A DNA stretch of 64,000 nt from contig OZ243938.1 in the NCBI GenBank assembly GCA_965214095.1, positions 3,456,001 through 3,520,000 on the forward strand. The letters are read 5' to 3'. The stretch is from Candidatus Poribacteria bacterium. Lineage in GTDB: Bacteria; Poribacteria; WGA-4E; WGA-3G. Made by a program: the position numbers and the translations under genes. Within the stretch, counting starts at the first letter, position 1, and every line of letters starts with the position of its first letter. The notes under the pieces are model-generated. The model had not been told where the DNA came from. It saw nothing but the letters and a program-made list of their open reading frames with translations, and did not search any database. Positions 11,701-19,900 of this stretch are shown piece after piece.

Positions 11701-14700
11701 CACAAATACCGTTAGCGTCAGTGTGGCGGCTGTCACGCAGACGATTACATTTACTGCGACAGCAACCGCACCGGTAGTTGTTTACATTACCCCTGTTGGT
11801 GACCGAACATCACAAGTAGCACAGGCAATCCTCGGTGTCGTCCGTTTAGACTATCCGACCGTCTCCAACTACGCGGAGATTACTGCTACACACATTGCTT
11901 CACCGACAACATTATATCTGAATAACAGGAACATTACGACTCTGAAATCAGGTGATTTTGATGGACTTACCGGTTTGGAAGACCTCCGTCTCAATAATAA
12001 CCAGCTAACTTCTCTACCATCAAACATTTTTTCCGGACTAACCGCACTCTCAAATCTCAATCTGTTTAACAACCAGTTAAGTAGTTTGCCAAATGGCATA
12101 TTTGAAGGATTGACATCGCTGACAAAAATCCGGTTGGCAGGCAATGCAGTTGATCCACTTCCTGTTACCGTATCATTGGAAAAGGTCGCAGAAGGTCAGT
12201 TCAAAGCGGTTGCCCCCACGGGTGCCCCGTTCACTATTGTGTTGCCGATTAACGTTGCTAACGGAAGTATCACGGGGAGTGCAACAACGCTCACAATTCC
12301 GCAAGGTAGTTTGGAAAGCGATACCCTCAACGTAACACGCACCGCTGGCACAACCGCGGATGTCACCATTGATATTGGGACCTTACCGAGTCTACCGCGC
12401 AACCACTTCGGTTACGCACTGGTGAAACCTGATGACCTACCGTTAGCAGTTATCACAAGTATCAACACTGCTCCCGTATTTACGGATGGCACCGCAATCA
12501 CGCGCACTGTAACAGAAAACACTGTTGCTACCACCAACATCGGCACACCGATTGCTGCCACAGACACCGAAAACGATACCTTGACCTACACACTCAGTGG
12601 CACGGATGCAAGTGCGTTTGATATTGATAACAGCACCGGACAACTAAAAACGAAGACAACTCTTGACTATGAAACAAAGAACACTTATACCGTTACAATT
12701 ACAGTTTCGGATGGCAGTCTCACGGATACAATCACGGTTACCATTAACATTACCGATATAGACGAAGCCGTAGTAGTTGATCCACCAACGACAAACGTCG
12801 CACCAACATTTACAGATGGTGAAAGCACGACCCGTGTTGTCTCCGAAAATACAGCTGCTGGCACTAACATCGGAAATCCCGTGAACGCAACGGACGCAAA
12901 TAACGATACGTTGACATATTCGCTCGGTGGTATAGATGCCACCTCGTTTGATATTGATAGCACAACAGGTCAACTCAAAACAGAAGCATCGCTTGACTAT
13001 GAAAACAAACGCGTCTATTCAGTCACTATCACCGCCACCGATGATGAACTATCGGATACGATCACAGTGATTATCAGTGTAATTGATGTGAACGATACTG
13101 TCCTGAGTATAGGATTTGTGCCTGTTGCGGATCGCACGTCACAGGTGCGAGATGCAATCGTTGCTGCCGTGCCGAACGTGGCAGATGCTGCTTCTGTTAC
13201 CGAATCACAGGTCGCTGCTATTACAAGTCTCAATCTACGCAGCAAAGGTATTTCATCTCTCAAAACAGGTGATTTCTCTGGGATGACTGCACTGACAACC
13301 CTCAATTTGTTTAGAAACCAACTCTCCGAACTACCACCAGGGATATTTGATGGATTAACAGCATTGTCAACCCTGCGATTAGGGGACAACGTTGTTGACC
13401 CACTACCGCTTTTCGTATCCCTCCAAAGTGTCGGCACAGGTCAGTTCAAGGCAGTGATTACGACAGGGGCACCGTTTAGTATGGTGTTGCCGATCACTGT
13501 CACGGACGGAAGTATTAGTAGCGGCATAACGAGCGTTACGATTCCACAAGGGAGGGCAGAAAGCACCTCATTTACAGTGATAGGCACTGCCGCTAAAGTG
13601 TCTTTCGGGACATTTCCCAGTATACCACAAGGTCATTTCGGCTATACGCTTACACAATTCACAGTTTGTAACCGCACTACCGAAGTGGCAGATGCGATTG
13701 CGGCGGCGGTTGGCGTGAGCGACTGCAGCGATGTTACAGAGGTTGACCTCGCTACCATTACACGACTTGACCTGTCAGGTTCCGCAATTACATCCTTGCA
13801 AACTGGTGATTTTGATGGCATGGTCTCCCTCAGAACGCTTTACCTGGAGAACAACGATCTCACCAGTCTACCCAACGGCATTTTTGACGACTTGGTATCA
13901 CTGACTTTCTTATCACTCAATGAAAACAAGTTGACGACTTTGTCAAGTGGTATCTTTAGCAAATTAACCTCACTGACACACCTGGATATATTTGACAACG
14001 ATATGAGTTCGTTACCGAGCAGTGTTTTTACCGGGTTGTCCGCGCTTACTTCATTATCTCTGAAAAACAACGAACTGACATACCTACCGGGAGATATATT
14101 CAGTGGATTGTCATCGCTAACTTCGCTTTCGTTATCAAACAACAAACTAACATCATTAACAGCTGGGATTTTTGAAGGTCTGACGCAGCTAAGTCAGCTC
14201 CATCTGAGTTTGAACCCAAACGCAAATACACTGTTGACGTTAAGAATATCGCTTCAGAAGGTAGGAACAAACAGTGTTAAAGCTGTTGTCCCCAGTGGGG
14301 CACCATTTACGATGACAATCCCAGTCCAGATTGAGAATGGCGTTTTAGCAGGTGGGGCAACGACTATGACGATTCCGATAGGCGCGGTTGAAAGCCAACC
14401 ATTGACAATAACGCGCACGGCAGGAGCCGTCGCTGCTGTTACAGCGGATGTCGGTACTGCATTGCCGCGGCTACCTTCAAATCACAACGGATATAATATT
14501 CTCAAATCTCGTACCTTGCCGTTAGAAGTGCTGCCGCCATTAAACTCACCACCGGTATTCACAGAAGGTGCAAGCACAACCCGCACAATCTTAGAGAATA
14601 CAGCAACAGGCATAAATATCGGTGATGCAATTACCGCAACCGATGTCAATACAGCTGACACCTTGACATATACGTTGCGTGGGACGGATGCAGCAGCGTT

Positions 14701-16852
14701 TGATATTGATAGCACAACCGGACAATTAAAAACAAAGGCAGTTCTTGACTTTGAAACCAAAAACACTTATTCGGTTACGTTGACTGTCTCTGATAGTATT
14801 GCGATGGATACGATTGCTGTTACAATCAATATCTTAAATGTCAACGAAGCACCGGAATTTGCTGCAGGCAGTCCAACAACGCATACTGTGGCAGAGAATA
14901 CAGCGGCGGGTGAAAATATCGGCACAGCATACAGTGCTACCGATGTGGATGGCGACACGTTAACCTATAGTCTCAGTGGACAAGATGCTGCAGCATTCGG
15001 TATTGATACCGCAACCGGACAGTTGAAAACAAGTGCTGCACTTGACTATGAAACTAAAACCATCTATTCGGTAACAATCACTGTTTCTGATGGGAAACTC
15101 AATACATCCATCACTGTTACGATCAATGTTACCGATGTAGATGAATTGCCTACAGATCCACAGGAAGTTGAAGATGTTTCTGCAAACAACGCGCCTGTGT
15201 TCACAGACGGAGAAACTGCAACACGCACAGTCGTTGAAAATACATCCTCCGGTGTAGTCATCGGTTTGGCAGTGTCCGCCACAGATGCGGATAACGATAC
15301 GTTGACTTATACCCTCGATGGCACGGATGCAAGTGCATTTGATATTGATGGTTTAACCGGACAACTAAAAACAAAAGCAGCACTTGACTACGAAACCAAA
15401 ACCACTTATACGGTTACAATTACTGCCTCAGACGGTAGTCTTACTGCTACGATAGAAGTTACCATCAACGTCACAGATGTTGCCGAAGTTGTTACAGGTG
15501 AAGATGGAACGTCAACAGATACTGATACCGATGAAAATGGTGAAAGCGTCACCGACACTGTAACAGATACTGATACCGATGAAAATGGTGAAAGCGTCAC
15601 CGACACTGACACGAACAATGAACCCGCCTCTACTGTTAGATTTACACCAGTGAGTGAACGTACATCGGTAATTCGCGATATTATAGTGAGAGCAGCAGGA
15701 GTAGAATCTGCCGGAGATGTGACCGAAACACATCTTGCAAGCATTAAGTCTTTGTCTTATAGCGGTCATTCGCAGCCGTCCCTCAGCACCCTGAAAATTG
15801 GTGATTTTGATGGACTCACAGGACTCACGAAGCTCTCTATGGCTGACCACAGTTTGAGTTCATTGCCAGATGGTATATTCGACGATCTTACTTCGCTGAC
15901 AACACTTACACTGAGGGGATTTCGGTCCAATACCCCTTTGAGTTCATTGCCTGCGGGTATCTTTGACAATCTCACCAAACTAACATATCTCAATATATCC
16001 GAGAACAGTTTGAGTTCATTGCCTACGGGTGTCTTTGACAATCTCACCAAACTAACATATCTCAATATAGGCTACAACAGTTTAAGTTCATTGCCAGATG
16101 GTATCTTTGACAATCTCACTGAGTTGATAGAATTTTGGATGTTTAATAATCAGGTGAGTTCATTACCAGATGGTATCTTTGACAATTGTACCTCGTTGAC
16201 AGCACTCAGGTTGGGCGGCAACGGTTTGAGTTCATTGCAGGCTGATGTCTTTGACAATCTCAGCGCGCTTTCATTTCTTACTCTGGGCAGCAACAACTTG
16301 AGTTCGTTGCCAGAGGGTATCTTTGACAATCTCAGCGCGCTGACTTCACTCTTTCTGCACGCCAACGGTATAGTGTCATTTCCTGATGGTATCTTTGATA
16401 ACCTCAGCGCACTCACATATCTTAACGTATACAACAATCCAATAGAGGATTTTGAGCAACTCCGTAGACTCAAAGCAAATAATCCGGGCATAGAGATTTT
16501 TGGTATTAGAATCCCTGAAGAGGATGATAACGGAGCACCTGCACTCCCCGCTGTTCCATCAGAAACAACTCTTTTAGCGAACTTCCCAAACCCATTCAAC
16601 CCAGAAACGTGGATACCGTATCAACTTGCTAAACCGGCTAAAGTCACCTTGACGATCTATAGCATGCGTGGTGTTGTAGTTCAACAGTTGAAGTTAGGGC
16701 AGAAGCCTGCGGGTGTCTATCTGAGTCGTTCCCGTGCTATCCATTGGGATGGCAGAAACAGTATCGGTGAGAAGGTTGCTGCAGGTGTGTATTTCTACAC
16801 ACTCACCGCAGGTGAATTTAGTACTACACGGAAGATGTTGATAAGGAAGTAG
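2756..16852 (+). CDS. 4698-aa secreted multidomain protein: 11 capped LRR modules, metzincin protease domain, internalin-type LRR, Big_1 Ig, 6 cadherin domains, C-terminal FlgD-Ig/T9SS-like sorting domain
   Basis: Signal peptide; LxLxxNQLSSLPxGIFDxLTxL repeats; PVSDRTPQVRDAIVA caps; HELAHAFGLHH; LDYETK and ATDADNDTLTYTL cadherin motifs; NFPNPFNPETWIPY...RKMLIRK. TTG start with AAGGGA upstream. Confidence 0.92.
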   Translation: MNSNKKHIASIFVTMLIILGTVLTGYADITPVSDRTPQIRDAIVAEVPGVDSADDVTEAHLAGIVRLSMSSENITALKEGDFDGLTSMTWLEMGNNQISSLPADVFAGLTSLTHLIMPRNQISSLPAGIFSDLTSINLIILRDNQVATLPAGLFKGLSSLTEIYLKYNQISSLPTDVFSGLSSLTKLDLSSNEISSLPADVFSGLSSLTTIELEWNQLNNLSAGLFAGLSSLTTIKLGGNQLTTLPTGLFSGLSSLDSISLYRNQLSSLPMGIFSGLSSLTELILFNNAAELSLIIELQQVGVNQFKAVMATGAPFTIVVPINVTNGSIMGGATTATIPIGSVESTPFTVIPTPGTSDAVSLLLGTLPDLPSDHRGYRLAPFNFPPEFVEGPSTIRTVAEDIHTGGDVGTTVSATDPYNDPLTYTLSGTDASSFTIDATTGQLRTSIRLDYETQSTYMVTVNVTDGTLNDSIAVTINVTNVEPEVLNAGEPRTVRLFYFLPNDRPYRQEVVDAMKTGILEVQSFYAEQMAAHGHGNTTFNIEADAQGEPIVHRINGDNSDSRYASSGYTDGEIIRAFDTSTMISAIVMDVSHHSVRGRGTGNKSNGWLIIYEDWDWFTAAHELAHAFGLHHDYRDNSYVLSYGTTDRSTATLSAAAAEFLSVHPYFNTSIPLEIGTGPTVELVSPTTYPAGSESVNIRVRVRDDTGLHQAMLFVRPNNPFRGTTPELKMWQKLDGETDTTVVFNFDGRVPSDGDDPDMTLANTDQYEISVMAVDTEGNWYRSNFITLEAGEAQEIVPVSDRTPQVRDAIVAIVPGVNFARGVTAAHLANIVYLDLRNKNIKSLKQGDFSGLSALDNLDLSNNKLSSLPAGVFDGLSALKILNLYYNELSSLPIGVFHGLSALTRLTLFVNELTTLPAGVFDGLSALSHLNLSNNELSSLPAGIFSGLSSLTTLNLKGNAVYPMPLTVSLVKVGADQFKVDVPTGAPSDMDIPLIVVNGTINGGVERVTIPTGSVRSDVLTVTRTPGTTAAVIVDLERTVPSPTGADYVFYKSFPHLEIFSPLAGAPTPVSERTPQVLDAIVAAVPEIDHIHHDRDIRYLIGGQFVDKKYNMGHYVSEAYLAAITNLDVFGVSGGADLSLSGNWFSLHGNATELKLGDFDGMTNLAKLRLDGNELSSLPGDLFDNLTNLTTLNLSSNELSSLPEDLFDNLTNLTTLNLDSNELSSLPAGLFDNLSNLTYLNLLDNPLGPLSEGYFDNLTKLTTLHLPASVTPPTTPEDSKVTPVADRTPQVRDAIVAAAGVNSAADVTAAHLAAITELDLQEENIAALKQGDFDNLHGLDLLVLNGTFSSLPSGIFDQLVNLRILGIAGSQLNSLSSDIFDNLTNLKSLGIVNTQLRLLPDGIFDNLTNVPFITLSNNQLSSLPDGIFDKTTMSLDLSNNQLSSLPDGIFEGIFSEPPDLTGFEVLGVPLGQVLEETLAGTDYTTVNLTGNLVNPMPLTVSLEKVADGQFKAVTPAGAPFKLVLPIRVVNGSINGGVESITIPVGSVESDIFTVTRTSGTTYATTVNIGTLPQLPKQHSGYTLVKSDALPLVFSELGGSILTPVNQRSPQVRDAIVAAVPGVNSADDVTAAHLAAITSLSFGLSNPTKVGDFDGLTGLTRIGMGTDLTSIPEGFFNEFSNLTFLDWEDLQLSSLPAGIFDNLTNLTSMSLGFGQLSSLPDGIFDNLTNLTAMSLGFGQLSSLPVGIFDNLTNLTAMSLGFGQLSSFPDGIFDNLTNLTRLRITNTQMLALPDGLLSGVSSLTSLSFFSNAADPMPFTVSLEKIGAGQFKAVAPTGAPFDIVLPIRLTNGRIDGGASSITIPAGSVESTTLTVTRTPGATYATTINIGTLPSLPQNHTGYSLVKSVGLPLAFPELGGQVFTSVGSRTPQVAEAILGVVRLNDPNVSSFAEITNSHLTGITALYLNGRNITSLKSGDFEGLSSLEELRLHSNQLTSLPEDIFSGLTALTTLTLYGNQLTTLPPGIFNGLSSLSTLRFGLNQLTTLPAGLFDGLNSLTDLRMIGNQLSELPEGIFVGLTGLTTLSLGSNAVDPLLLTVSLEKVGNGQFKAVAPTGAPFDMVLPITVTDGSISGGATTLTIPAGSVESEVLTVTRTPGATYATTVNIGTLRSQPGNHTGYSLVKSVDLPLAFPELGGRVFVLVSDRTPQVRDVIVAAVPGVNSPNDVTEAHLAAITRLNFWFGVSQLKIGDFDGLSSLTSISIDVSEGSVISEDAITNLPTLNNIFIDRSPGLIISEGAITNLPALNNISINRSPGLTISEGAFTNLPAFTLIWIERSSDLAISKGTFSNLPALTTIRIETCRDLTIPEGVFSNLPALTDIRLSQNNLTTLPENIFDNLTTLEYLDLSSNNLTALPDGLFEGLTSLTTLRLNGNAVNPMPLSVTLETVAEGQFKAVAPTGAPFDIVLPISVSNGSISGGATSLTIPTGSVESDVLTVTRTPSVTFAVSADIGTLPGVPTNHTGYTLVKSANLPIEVISEVIPIVLVDKGVCKVGDILTPGESCTYPDTDAVFSVIADGKSQWNIPGLPDWLASFVNRISINDSMSIISTVNGKTYRFEARAVENNSWQIEQIGDRTQESIASGINIPDANLRTKIEDALNKSSSDTITITEMETLTSLNGQDSSISDLTGLETATNLTTLKLGNNAIVDISALANLTKLTELQLWDNQITTLSDLSGLTNLTTLYLWGNTVSDISDLSGLTSLMQLRLGENSITNIGTVSNLTNLTQLYLNENTITDISAVAGLTNLTELRIGDNTISDITPVQNLTNLEWLDIPNNSISDISAVQNLTSLVELYFQNNSVSDLSPLVANTGFGEFTELDAQGNPLSYPSIYTYIPALQAKDVYIDFDNRVATVPVKISGDTQQDKTGALLTLPFIVEVKDADSVIFAGVPVTFAITAGGGTLSSTSTTTDVNGRAQSTLTLGDAAGTNTVSVSVAAVTQTITFTATATAPVVVYITPVGDRTSQVAQAILGVVRLDYPTVSNYAEITATHIASPTTLYLNNRNITTLKSGDFDGLTGLEDLRLNNNQLTSLPSNIFSGLTALSNLNLFNNQLSSLPNGIFEGLTSLTKIRLAGNAVDPLPVTVSLEKVAEGQFKAVAPTGAPFTIVLPINVANGSITGSATTLTIPQGSLESDTLNVTRTAGTTADVTIDIGTLPSLPRNHFGYALVKPDDLPLAVITSINTAPVFTDGTAITRTVTENTVATTNIGTPIAATDTENDTLTYTLSGTDASAFDIDNSTGQLKTKTTLDYETKNTYTVTITVSDGSLTDTITVTINITDIDEAVVVDPPTTNVAPTFTDGESTTRVVSENTAAGTNIGNPVNATDANNDTLTYSLGGIDATSFDIDSTTGQLKTEASLDYENKRVYSVTITATDDELSDTITVIISVIDVNDTVLSIGFVPVADRTSQVRDAIVAAVPNVADAASVTESQVAAITSLNLRSKGISSLKTGDFSGMTALTTLNLFRNQLSELPPGIFDGLTALSTLRLGDNVVDPLPLFVSLQSVGTGQFKAVITTGAPFSMVLPITVTDGSISSGITSVTIPQGRAESTSFTVIGTAAKVSFGTFPSIPQGHFGYTLTQFTVCNRTTEVADAIAAAVGVSDCSDVTEVDLATITRLDLSGSAITSLQTGDFDGMVSLRTLYLENNDLTSLPNGIFDDLVSLTFLSLNENKLTTLSSGIFSKLTSLTHLDIFDNDMSSLPSSVFTGLSALTSLSLKNNELTYLPGDIFSGLSSLTSLSLSNNKLTSLTAGIFEGLTQLSQLHLSLNPNANTLLTLRISLQKVGTNSVKAVVPSGAPFTMTIPVQIENGVLAGGATTMTIPIGAVESQPLTITRTAGAVAAVTADVGTALPRLPSNHNGYNILKSRTLPLEVLPPLNSPPVFTEGASTTRTILENTATGINIGDAITATDVNTADTLTYTLRGTDAAAFDIDSTTGQLKTKAVLDFETKNTYSVTLTVSDSIAMDTIAVTINILNVNEAPEFAAGSPTTHTVAENTAAGENIGTAYSATDVDGDTLTYSLSGQDAAAFGIDTATGQLKTSAALDYETKTIYSVTITVSDGKLNTSITVTINVTDVDELPTDPQEVEDVSANNAPVFTDGETATRTVVENTSSGVVIGLAVSATDADNDTLTYTLDGTDASAFDIDGLTGQLKTKAALDYETKTTYTVTITASDGSLTATIEVTINVTDVAEVVTGEDGTSTDTDTDENGESVTDTVTDTDTDENGESVTDTDTNNEPASTVRFTPVSERTSVIRDIIVRAAGVESAGDVTETHLASIKSLSYSGHSQPSLSTLKIGDFDGLTGLTKLSMADHSLSSLPDGIFDDLTSLTTLTLRGFRSNTPLSSLPAGIFDNLTKLTYLNISENSLSSLPTGVFDNLTKLTYLNIGYNSLSSLPDGIFDNLTELIEFWMFNNQVSSLPDGIFDNCTSLTALRLGGNGLSSLQADVFDNLSALSFLTLGSNNLSSLPEGIFDNLSALTSLFLHANGIVSFPDGIFDNLSALTYLNVYNNPIEDFEQLRRLKANNPGIEIFGIRIPEEDDNGAPALPAVPSETTLLANFPNPFNPETWIPYQLAKPAKVTLTIYSMRGVVVQQLKLGQKPAGVYLSRSRAIHWDGRNSIGEKVAAGVYFYTLTAGEFSTTRKMLIRK
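15514..15608 (+). repeat. 48-bp tandem duplication in acidic Thr-rich linker
   Basis: AACAGATACTGATACCGATGAAAATGGTGAAAGCGTCACCGACACTG at 15514 and 15562. Confidence 0.9.
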
Positions 16853-16862
16853 CATTTTGAAC

Positions 16863-16900
16863 CCACCCTAAACCGTGCTTACAAGCTCACTATAGGGTGG
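16863..16900. other. Intergenic inverted repeat (possible RNA hairpin)
   Basis: CCACCCTA...TAGGGTGG just after the stop codon; no U-tract. Confidence 0.4.
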
Positions 16901-16954
16901 ATGCATGATTATCACATACGATTGCACTTTGCAGTCAAAAAATACAAGGAATAT

Positions 16955-19900
16955 ATGATGAATATGTTAAAAGAAAAACGAAATATAATTGTGTTACTTA
17001 TCGTAGTCATGTTCTTAATAAATGGTGTACAAGGTATGAGTTATGGACAGGATGATGCTCTGACTGTTACCCCCGGTGAAACCAACACATCCATTAGTGT
17101 CAGATTTACAGATTTTCTCTTCGTTTATGATGAAAACGCATACCAAGTTCAGTTGCGTCGAAAAACACCGCAAGGAGAGTGGATAACAAAATGCGTGATT
17201 ATTTCGCTCAGCTATGGTCTCCATAATCTCGAATCCAGACCTCCCGGAAATTACGTAGGCAGTGTCATCTTCACAGACCTTGAGCCTGGTACTACATACC
17301 AAGCACGTTACCGAGATACAAACTTGTCAGAATGTCATGACAATCCCCCCGCTCCAAATCCGTGGTCTGCAATCGTAGAAGCGACAACACACTTAGTTAC
17401 ACCCCCACGTGTTGAATTTGTTGATGCTAATTTAGCGACATTAGTACGCAGGGCACTGGATCTTGATACTGGAGATGGAGTTGACCTCCTCAAAATCCCC
17501 AAAGAGAAACTGACAAAATTAAGAGGTGTATATGATAGGGTAGGAAAGATAAGGGACCTGACTGGTTTGGAACATGCGACTGAGCTTACGAAGTTAGATC
17601 TCTTTCTCCATCAAGTCATTGACATTACGCCACTTGCAGGACTCACGGAACTCACGGAGATAGATCTCGGAGGCAATGAAATCATTGATATTACGCCACT
17701 TGCAGGACTCACGGAACTCACGGAGTTATATCTTGGAGGTAATGAAATCAGAGATATAACTCCGCTTACCCAACTCACACAACTCACGGAGTTAGATCTC
17801 TCAGACAATTATATCATTGACATTAGTCCGCTTGCAGGGTTGACGCAGCTAACGATATTATATCTCAGTTATAATCAAATACAGGACATCACACCGCTTT
17901 CAACACTAACACAACTGACATCGTTACGTCTTCTTACTAATCAAATCAGTGACCTTACTCCTCTCGCACAACTCACACGATTGGTTAGGTTACACCTAAA
18001 GAAAAATGAAATCACCGATGTCACACCGCTCACACAACTCACTAACTTAGAATATATAAATTTAGAAGACAACAATATCACTGATATCACACCCTTGGCA
18101 CAACTCTCGGATCAGACACAGATAGATACTGATTCTTTTGGGAAAGGATTGCTGCCAAGTCAAATTGAACTTTTGACAGTCTCGTCCTCAGAACCGTTGT
18201 TAGAAGCAACACTGAACGGAAGTCCGGTGACACTCACACTGCTACCGAGTGGTGCGGCTTATGATACATCAATTGAAAATATCAGAAACGCCTTGACATT
18301 AACCGGTATTGAGGGCATGACTGTATCTGATGTGATACGCGTAAGTGATACAGAACTAAAAGTGTCGTTTGAATTTACGGGTAATTTGGAAAACACTACC
18401 CTGTTGACCATTTCACTTGGCGCGGAGGCAGTTACTGGTTACGAAGGTCGCACACTCACGGGTGAAATTCCTGTTTACCCTGACATAGAATTAACTGTAT
18501 CATCCAGCGATCCGTTGACAGCTGCCACCCTGCATGGAAGTGTTGTAACGCTAAGTAAGGGGCGGTTTAGTTCCAATTATTATGTTAAGCGTGGTACCTG
18601 GCTATCTGGCGTTACCGGCGTCACTATTGATAGCCAGACAGATATAGAAAGGGTCAGTGCTACCGAGGTGAAAATTACACTTACTTATGATGGCAGCGGC
18701 AGCATTGACGAGGATACGATCCTGACCTTCACCCTTAGACCGTATGCAATATCAAATTACAGTGGTCCCTCACTTACCGCTGAGATACCTGTTTCCCCAT
18801 CAACCGAAATAGAAGTAAATAGAGATTTAGTAGCATCAACAGCATTTCCGTTGACGAAGGAAACCTTGAATCGAAGTTTAGTGCTACTGACGCTGCAAAA
18901 TGATTCCTATTCCTTTTTACAAGGCTCTGTACTTACTGTGACGCTATCGGGAATTGATGGGGTCTCTAACAGAGGATTTGGTCTTGATGTAAATCACATA
19001 AATAGCAAGGAAATCGTTGTTAGGATTAACTTTCGAGGAGACTTTGATACCGATGCTACTCTAATCTTATCAGTTCCCTCAAAGGGAATAGAAAACTACA
19101 AAGGCCCACCGCTCTCAGGGGCGTTACCTGTCACTGTGAAATCGGGAAGGCAGGTGCTTGTACCAGAATCCCAGCGACCTTCAATGTTTTGGATCAACAC
19201 GGATACTGACAAGATTGAGTCACTTGACCGTTTTGATGCGATTACGAATCATGTCGCAAGTCTAACTGTAGATGCAGCAGGTGGCAAGATTTACTGGGCT
19301 GAGCACGGTAGCAGTCGCGGGATAATCAAAAGTGCCAATCTTGACGGGACAAACGTTGAGGTGTTGACAACCGAACCAATCACTGCTAACAGCCTTACCG
19401 TTGACACTGCGGATAGCAAACTCTATTGGATAGATTCAACGCAAGATAAAATCCTAAGTGTTAATCTCAATGGCGAAAATATCCGCACCATCATCGAAAC
19501 TGGTAATAATATTTTGAATTTCGCTGTAGATGCAGCAGGCGGCAAACTCTATTGGACGGATAAATTTAGCATTTGGCGTGTGAACCTTGATGGGACAAAT
19601 AACGAAAAAATATTGACTAATTCAGGATTATACCCATTAATAGGGGGCATTGTTGTAACAGATGGTAAAATCTATTGGTCAGAACGACGGTCATCTGTAA
19701 GTGGCAACATCCGTCGTGCTAACCTCAACGGTACAGACATTGAAACGCTCGCTACACCACTGGGTAACCCTACCGACATTGCCGTTGACACTGTAGATGG
19801 CAAGATATATTGGCTAAACTCGTTTGGTGGAATCCAGCGGATGGACATCAACGGTGGAGAGATTGAGAATGTTGTTTACGGTATAGATGCAACGGGAGGT

